From the NCBI GenBank assembly GCA_963845755.1, contig CAWJTV010000011.1:352001-416000 (forward strand): a stretch of 64,000 nucleotides of DNA, read 5' to 3'. Of the stretch, positions 57,161 to 64,000 are shown piece by piece; position 1 is the stretch's first letter; every line of letters begins with the position of its first letter. Under the pieces are notes generated by a model. The model searched no databases, had not been told where the DNA came from, and saw nothing but the letters and a program-made list of their open reading frames with translations. A program made the position numbers and the translations under genes. The DNA is from an uncultured Planctomycetota bacterium (GTDB taxonomy: Bacteria; Planctomycetota; Planctomycetia; Isosphaerales; Isosphaeraceae).

Positions 57161-58288
57161 ATGGCTAGTGAAGCCAGCTCGGGCCACTTGAGTACGACGG
57201 TCCTGTTCGGCAAGGGTCTGACGCCGGGCAAACTCCGCGGGTTGCAGCGGATCAGCAATCCGAACGGCACCCTGACCATGGTCGCCCTGGATCAGAACAG
57301 CTCGATGATCGAGATGGCTACCAAGGCGCTCAAGACCAAGGGACACGATCGCGAGCCGACGTACGAGGAGATCGTAGAGGCGAAGGTCGACCTGGCGCGA
57401 CACCTGGCGCCGGGGGCCTCGGGCGTGCTGATCGACGCCTATTACGGGGCCTGGTCGTGCGTTGCCTCGGGTGCGATCCCGCCGCACACGGGCCTGCTCG
57501 TCCGGGTGGAGAAGTCCGGCGGGCCGAAGAACAAGGTCGGCGCACCGATGGGGCTGGTCGAGCCGGGCTGGAGCGTGGCGAAGATCAAGCGCCTGGGGGC
57601 CGACGCCGTCAAGCTGCTGGCCCAGTTCGAGCCCACCGAGCCGATCTCCGCCGAGCACCAGTTCCAGCTCATCGAGCACGTCTATTCCGAATGCCAGAAG
57701 CACGACATCCTCCTGCTGCTGGAAACGGTGGCGTTCCCGTTCGGCGGCGAGAAGAAGACCGACCCCGGCTACGTGAAGCGCAAGGCCGCGACGGTCATCG
57801 AATCGGCCCGACAGCTCAGCCGGTTCTGCGACGTCTACAAGGCGGAATTCCCCGGCACGCTGGGCCAGGATTCCGACAACCAGCTCACCGACAACCTCGA
57901 CGCGCTCGACGCAGCCAGCGAACGCCCCTGGGTGCTCCTCTCCGCGGGCGTGGATTACCCGGACTATTACAAGCAGGTCCAACTGGCCATGGAGTCTGGC
58001 GCCTCCGGCGTCCTCGGCGGCCGTGCCTTCTGGAAGGAGTATTTCCTCCAGGACGGCGACTCGGCCCGGAGCCAGTTCGCCAGCACCACCGCGTTCAAGC
58101 GCGTCGCCGACGTCAATACCGTGGTCCGCGAGCACGGCGCCCCCTGGTACGCCCGCTACGGCTTCACCGCGGAAGACCTGGCCTCGGTCCGGGCCACCGA
58201 AGGCTGGCACGCCCGCTATGCCTCCTGCCTCGGCGCAGCCGCAGCCGACGGGGCCGGGTCCAAGGCAGCGCCCGGCGAGGTGTATTGA
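57161..58288 (+). CDS. lacD: LacD-family class I aldolase (tagatose-1,6-bisphosphate / sulfofructose-phosphate aldolase-like)
   Basis: MVALDQ, EKSG, WSVAKIKRLGADAVKLL, DVYKAEFP, WVLLSAGVD, GASGVLGGRAFW. Substrate cannot be determined from the sequence. Confidence 0.8.
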   Translation: MASEASSGHLSTTVLFGKGLTPGKLRGLQRISNPNGTLTMVALDQNSSMIEMATKALKTKGHDREPTYEEIVEAKVDLARHLAPGASGVLIDAYYGAWSCVASGAIPPHTGLLVRVEKSGGPKNKVGAPMGLVEPGWSVAKIKRLGADAVKLLAQFEPTEPISAEHQFQLIEHVYSECQKHDILLLLETVAFPFGGEKKTDPGYVKRKAATVIESARQLSRFCDVYKAEFPGTLGQDSDNQLTDNLDALDAASERPWVLLSAGVDYPDYYKQVQLAMESGASGVLGGRAFWKEYFLQDGDSARSQFASTTAFKRVADVNTVVREHGAPWYARYGFTAEDLASVRATEGWHARYASCLGAAAADGAGSKAAPGEVY

Positions 58289-58353
58289 TCTCCGATCCGA
58301 TTTCTGCCGACCTACACAGGAAGACACTCAGGCGACGTTAAACCACAACGTCG

Positions 58354-58418
58354 GTAGGGTGCTCTCCGAGCACCGGGACGCAAGGCCCGCCCATCCCGGT
58401 GCTCGGAGAGCACCCTAC
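58354..58418. repeat. GTAG-type REP doublet (perfect 25-bp inverted repeat)
   Basis: GTAGGGTGCTCTCCGAGCACCGGGA at 58354-58378 and its reverse complement at 58394-58418. Same family as the copy at 46645. Confidence 0.88.
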
Positions 58419-58576
58419 GAGGGATTCTCGTCCATTCCGTTAGACGATCAATCCCGAACTGCACGACCTCGGCAACGCTGCCCAGGGATCGATGGAAGCA
58501 TGTCGGGGAGTCCGGCTCCATCCTGCTCTTTCGTCGGAAGTCATGCCGACCCCGCTCTTTGAAGAGGACACTGTCC

Positions 58577-59143
58577 ATGGCGGACAACCCGCAAAACTCT
58601 GGCCCGTATTACTGTTGGGCTAACTTGGCCGACGAGAGGAAGCTCTCAGACTTGCAAGAGCAAGTGTACGATTTGCTCGCGAAGTCGTACGGGCAGTGGT
58701 TGCTTCTAGACGACATCTACAATGGTCTCTTCTCAACTAAGAAATCCAACGAATGGAGGGGCTGGGTACGCTTGGCGCTGGATAACCTCGTGAAACTCCG
58801 GTTGGCAAGTCCCAGTGCGGTCAACACCGTGCCACCAACCGCTGGAGCCGTTGCCGCGCGCGTCGAGCCGGAGTGCCAAGGGGCCGATCTGGGCCATCCG
58901 ATTCCCCGCTTTATCCTTGAGTTTCTCCAGACCAAATGCGAATTCCCGCCAAAGGGGATCTGCCGGACCGGCTGGTGTAAATTTGACGACATCTCCGATG
59001 CGGTGCGGAACCAGTTTGGCAGTTTCGTTACAGACGAAAACTGCCGAATGTTCCTGGGCACGCTATGCGGCACCCGCGGCCGCACAGGGCGGCCATGTGC
59101 AGAGAGGAACCCCAAGAATTCCGACCAGTACAGGCCTCTGTAA
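58577..59143 (+). CDS. Cys-rich hypothetical protein, possibly tandem winged-helix
   Basis: GAGGA RBS. Two similar halves: YDLLAK..W.LLDDI.. and LEFLQ..W.KFDDI.. Visibly lower GC than neighbouring genes. Confidence 0.55.
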   Translation: MADNPQNSGPYYCWANLADERKLSDLQEQVYDLLAKSYGQWLLLDDIYNGLFSTKKSNEWRGWVRLALDNLVKLRLASPSAVNTVPPTAGAVAARVEPECQGADLGHPIPRFILEFLQTKCEFPPKGICRTGWCKFDDISDAVRNQFGSFVTDENCRMFLGTLCGTRGRTGRPCAERNPKNSDQYRPL

Positions 59144-59174
59144 AACCTGACACCTCCGAGCCGCAACAGGATTC

Positions 59175-59230
59175 GTAGGTCAGGCTTTCCACCCTGAATC
59201 GGCGGGGCCTGTCGGGCCGGAAAGCCCGAC
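59175..59230. repeat. Degenerate second GTAG-type REP doublet
   Basis: GTAGGTCAGGCTTTCCACCCTGA ... TCGGGCCGGAAAGCCCGAC, imperfect inverted arms. Confidence 0.55.
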
Positions 59231-59591
59231 GAGTGGGATGCAGAACCCGTACGAACAAACTCAGATGCGCGCGGTCTCGAGATTTCATGGAGGCGAATCC
59301 GATTCCGGCGTCGTCTTCGTCGTGGCCTCGGGCAGAAGATGGGAAAGCCTGCGCGAAAGGGTTGATCCGAAGACGAAGATTGCAGCGATTTTGTCGATTT
59401 CCCGCCGGACGCTTGCCGATACTCATTGCGTCATTTCAGAACTCCAAATCGGCGAAATCCGACCGTGAGGGCCAGGACGGCCCGAGGTGCGCCTATCCAC
59501 GGCGATGGGGTAGCGGATGGGTCGCCGAGTCCGGCCGCACGAGATCAGGGCGGATCGATCGTTCAATTCCACCCTGCCAAGGAGGGTACGG

Positions 59592-62500
59592 ATGTTTTTC
59601 CGGAGACTGTCCTATCTCGGCGTTATCCTCGCCGTCGGAACCACCTTGACGGCCCCGGCCCGTGCCCAGCTCATCACTGGCGGCGAGAGCCTGATCGAGA
59701 AGTACAATCCGTTCCAGACGTTCGACCCCTCGGTGCCGGTCAGTCTGATCGACGTCAGCAGGCGGCTCGACTGTATTAGCGAGAAGCTCCGTGACGACGG
59801 CCTCGTCGTGATGAAGCAGCCCGACGTCTTCAGCCAGGCGCGGATGACCCACTTCCGCACCGACTTCGAGACCCAGATGGCCAAGGATCTGAACACGTTC
59901 CACCTGGTCCTGGCCGCGCGGATCAACCGGCTGGACTCGGCGACGACGACGTCGCAGACGAGCCTCTCCGCGGCCCTATCCGCCCCCGGGTTGACCAAGG
60001 TCCAGATGCCGACTGCCCCCACGGCGAGCGGCTCGACCGCGGTGGCGCCGGGACTTCGGCCTCCCTCGATCCCACCAAGAATGCGTTCGCCAGCCTGGGC
60101 CTGGACGTCAACAACCCGGCGGCGGCGACCGCCGCCGCGAACACCGCGATGGGCCTCGGTGTCGAGCCCACCGTCTACCTCGACGAGAAGAAACGCTTCC
60201 TCGAAGCCCTGGCCCAGATTCGCCGGATCAACCATGGCCCGGACCAGAACGATTCGTCGGGCTACGGCCTCTACCTCGTGCGGCTGCCGGTCTCGATCAC
60301 CCCGGGCGAGTGCACCTATCAGGGCTATGGCGCTGAGATCGCCGTGACCGCCGAGCATGAATTTCCTCCCGATTTCCTCCAGTCGGCCTTCCGCAACCTC
60401 GTCATCAACGACTTGGTCGACCAGCTCGGCCCCGTCGTTTACGAGGTCATCCGGTCCGGTCGCGTCGACGAGCTCGAGACGCTCCACTACCGCGAGATCC
60501 GACTACGGGACCTCGAGGCACGAAGGAAGCTGCTCATCGATCAGGGCTACCAGAACTTCGTCGAATCCCAAAGGACGCAGCGCCGCGATGAGACCGACCA
60601 GGACTTCAAGAGGCAAAAGGCGACCTCGACGGCCAAGCGAGAAGTCATCGAGAAAGCCCTGACGAATTTCCTCACCCGCGATCCCGCGACCTACCCCACC
60701 GACGGCCAGATCGGGGAGCCGTCGGCGACGCTCCATCGTCGGTTTGAAGCCCTCGAGCAGGCCTTACGCGGCCTCCGACCACCCGGCGGCCCCTTCACCG
60801 AAAAGGACTTGGAAGCGACCATCGCGCAATTCGACGGCTACGAAAAGCAACTCCTCCGCTGGAATACACTCTCGGACAAGGATCGTCAGGGCATCATGCT
60901 GATCGTTGGCGGCGCGGTCGATTACATCCGGACGTATATCCAGTTCCCCGATAGCCCCACGAGTCGGGTCGCGTTCGAGAAGCTCTTCACGACCCTCTAC
61001 GAGACGGCGTTCGACAACGATCGCCACTTGCTCGACGACGCGCTGAATTTCGACCAGAAGACTTCGAAGCAGTTCGCCGACCTATCCCAATCGATCAAGG
61101 TCGCCAGGGCGACGAGGAATCACCTCAAGTTCAGCCTCCCCTCGACCCGCAACCCCAAGCAGCGATACCCCATTGCTCCGCAGGAGAGCCTCGAATACTT
61201 CCTGGAAGGGAACGTCTACCAGCTCGCGAAGGGCGCGAAGGATTCCTTGCTCACCCGGAACCCGCGCGCCACCGACGTCCGCAACTACCTCAGGCACACG
61301 TTCTACGTCGCCTACGAAGTGATGGCCCGGCCGCGGCAGGGCGTCCTCGCCCCGCTCGACGACATCGAGCTGATGAAGGCGATCCACGAGGCGGTCGAGG
61401 CGCGGGAGTTTGGCCCCGAAGGGCGATTGCGCGAGCTGTTCCGAACGCTGGCCCAGAACCTCGCGAAGGGCCGGAAGAACCTCTACCGTGAGGGAGAGGA
61501 CACCTCCTCTCCCATCCTGGCCGCCTGCTGGGCAATCGCCGTGGACGCCAGTCTCCTCGATTACGAGCTGCGGGAGTGGATCCCCAAGACCCTGGCCGCC
61601 CACGACGTGGTCTGCACGCTCCCGGACGAGATGCATTTCTACTACCAGGACCCGACCCTCCTCGGCCAGGCCCCGCTCACGTTCCAGGAGTTCGTGAAAT
61701 ACAAATGGCCGATCATCACGTTCGCCCTCGACCCGGTCACTGACCAGCAGAACATCGCGGACTCGTTCAGCCTCCAGCGCGACCTCCAGCTCGCCCTATC
61801 GTTCGCGTTCGCGACCGGGCAGATCAATTTCAGTCAGATGAACACGTTCCGCCGCCAGATCCAGCAGTCCTCCGATACGATCGCCTTGAACCGGACGGTG
61901 ACCGGCTTCATCCACAGCAACGACCACTTCGGCTTCCGGTTCACCCCGCGATTCCAGAACCCGCCCAACCAGCGGACGAACCTCGGCGTGATCGCCAGCC
62001 AGCTCATCGGCGGCGGGCCCGGGCCGGACTACCAGACGAAGAAGAGCAAGCTCGAGTCCGGTATCCGCGAACTCACCGCCATCCTCCTGGTCCCGACGTT
62101 TCTGCCGACCATGCGGATGGAGGTCTCCAGCAACTGGTTCAAGCTCAACGACCCCGAGCACCTGATCTTCCACACCAGGCGGATGCTGGAACAGGGCCGG
62201 CAGGTCCAGGAGCTCCGTAAGGCCGTGTTCGACGCGTGCAGCGAGCAGCAATACCGCCCCGCCGACGTGAAGGTCCTGCCGCGCAAGCTGTCGCAGCTCG
62301 AGGCCATGCTGCCGGCCCAGTCGAAGGTGATTCAGCTCCCGTTCGAGAACACCGCCAGCGGCTTCGAGCTGTTTTCCGACGGCGCCACTGCGCTGGTCCC
62401 GGTGCTGTCAGGATATGACGGAGTCGACGCCGTCACCCTGTCCGCCACCACGACCCCGACGGCCAATACCAACACCGACATCTTCATCTATGGGAAGTAC

Positions 62501-63697
62501 TTCGACTTGCTTGATACCCGGGTCATCGTCGGCGGGGCTTACATCCCCTCCTTCGCCATAGCGGGCGCCAACGCGGCGACCTCGGGGGGATTCGAGATCA
62601 TCAGCCGCGAGGTCGCCCACGTCATCATCCCGACGAACGTCCAGCAGACCGTCACCTATGACGGTCAGACTTACCTGGAAGTCTACCTGGCCACGCCCAG
62701 CGGGATCAGCAACCGGGTCCTGGTCCCGTTCCAGGCCCCCGCGCCGTCGCCTCCGGTCGCCTTCGACCTCTCACCGGGCCAGGAGCTGGACGTCTACTAT
62801 CAGTGGTTTCCCAGGGCCGACACGAACGCGAAGCTGATCGCGACCAACGACCCCGGCGGCACTCCGATCAAGATCAAGTGGGATGCCTCCACCAGCATGG
62901 CCCCCAAGACCTTGCTGGCCACGTTCACGGCGACGGTCGGCACCCAGAGCCTGACCTTCGCGCTGCCGGCCAACTCGGGAACCGCCGACGAGTACCAGGT
63001 GGACTCGCAGCTCATGACCGTGATCTTGCTCAAGCGGCTCCAGTCCTGGTTCCCCGCGCCGACGGCGCTGCCGGCCCAGATCCCGTTGAAAGTGAGCGTG
63101 CAGCCATATGTCCCGCAAGACGCAATGGGCTATCGCGTGCTGTCGAAGGCGAAGGATCTCAAGACACCGCTAACGGTCAAGTTCCTGTATAACGCCACCG
63201 ACAAGGATGCCTTGCCGAACGTGATGGAGCCGCCACCCCCGGCGAAGCCGCAAGCCAAGAAAGCGGCCTGGGCGGAGGGCCTGCCGCCACTCCCGTCCAC
63301 TCGGGACAACTTTGTCCGTCCCACGAGTCTAAGCCCAAACGTTTCGACGACCGGCATGAGGGTGCAGATCCCCCCGCCGTTCACCCTGTCCGAGCTCACG
63401 ACCGACCTCCAGGGCATCGCCCCACAGCCTCCGCCGATGGCGGGGATCCAGGCAGCAATCAAGGCGGACCTGACGGCGGCCCAGACCAATCTGACATCGG
63501 TGGCCAGCACGCTCCCAACCCCGGCCCAGCTTCAGGCCCAGATCCCGGCCGTGCCGTCGGTTCCCTCGGTCGTGGTGAATCCCCAGCCGGTTACCGTCAT
63601 CGCGCCGACGACCGTGATAAACAAGCCGAAGTCCCGCCTGCTCAGCATCTTCCACAGGAAGAAGGGCCAGGCCGGGAACGCCGCGTCCGCCCCTTGA
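59592..63697 (+). CDS. Large secreted uncharacterised protein, paralog 3; frameshift ~60050-60080
   Basis: ORF 59517-60347 carries the signal peptide (ARA-Q) and PDVFSQARMT. ORF 60149-63697 carries the rest. AAGGAGG RBS. Confidence 0.85.
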
Positions 63698-63702
63698 CCG
63701 CG

Positions 63703-64000
63703 TCACCGGAGCTGGAAGGTGATCGGCACGGTCGTCTTTAACGTCGATGGCGGTGGAGCACCGGCGCCCTCGAGGGGTAATGGTGAGCGTGACCGGACCC
63801 GTTGATGGGATCGGGTTGTCGGCATTGAAGCCGCTCTCTACCTTGTTGATCTGGTCGATCAGGCTGGACGCGAAAGCCGTCAGATCGGCCTTCTGAGCCG
63901 TATAGTGTTTATTGGTCGCATCCCATTTGACTCCCTTGAGCGTGTACGACAATGGGACGTTGGCCTTGCCGAAGGTCGCATCGATCTTCACGTCCACAGG
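63703..64000 (-). CDS. 3' end of a convergent gene, possibly a fourth paralog; frameshift ~63775
   Basis: Adding one C in a C run gives ...TLTITPLEGAGAPPPSTLKTTVPITFQLR* with the stop at 63703-63705. Resembles the last globular domain of paralog 2. Confidence 0.5.

Noticed and set aside
63329..63997. 222-aa ORF overlapping the end of paralog 3
   Set aside because: The overlap is an artefact of a frameshift at ~63775. The corrected gene stops at 63703.

Overview
GC-rich bacterial DNA. The gene content points to a planctomycete, probably Isosphaeraceae-like: three DUF1559 prepilin genes, 'LE-R-LLS' secreted proteins, an ECF sigma with a C-terminal extension, a PEP-CTERM-like protein, Uma2 and DUF1080. 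About 35 CDS are recognisable. Two complete IS elements have readable TIRs and target duplications: ISKra4-family at 13214-14634 and IS4-family at 19571-21059. There is also a 120-bp MITE carrying a REP doublet, several REP-like palindrome families and heptamer repeat arrays. I saw no rRNA, tRNA or CRISPR. Many genes are split by single-base indels, most likely unpolished long-read errors. Both in-frame TGA stops I found sit in GTTGAC, i.e. a mutated GTCGAC site. The main candidate for an undescribed system is a family of three, probably four, paralogous ~1,300-1,400 aa secreted proteins (30758-34902, 36427-40282, 59592-63697 and a tail at 63703->64000). They share a conserved core I cannot assign to a named family, followed by an IPT/TIG-like domain and a Pro-rich tail, and they lie next to a secreted TPR protein and small orphan genes. 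A second candidate is a translationally coupled PD-(D/E)xK-like plus TPR-like gene pair at 49189-51312. All family assignments are motif recognition by eye; no searches were run.
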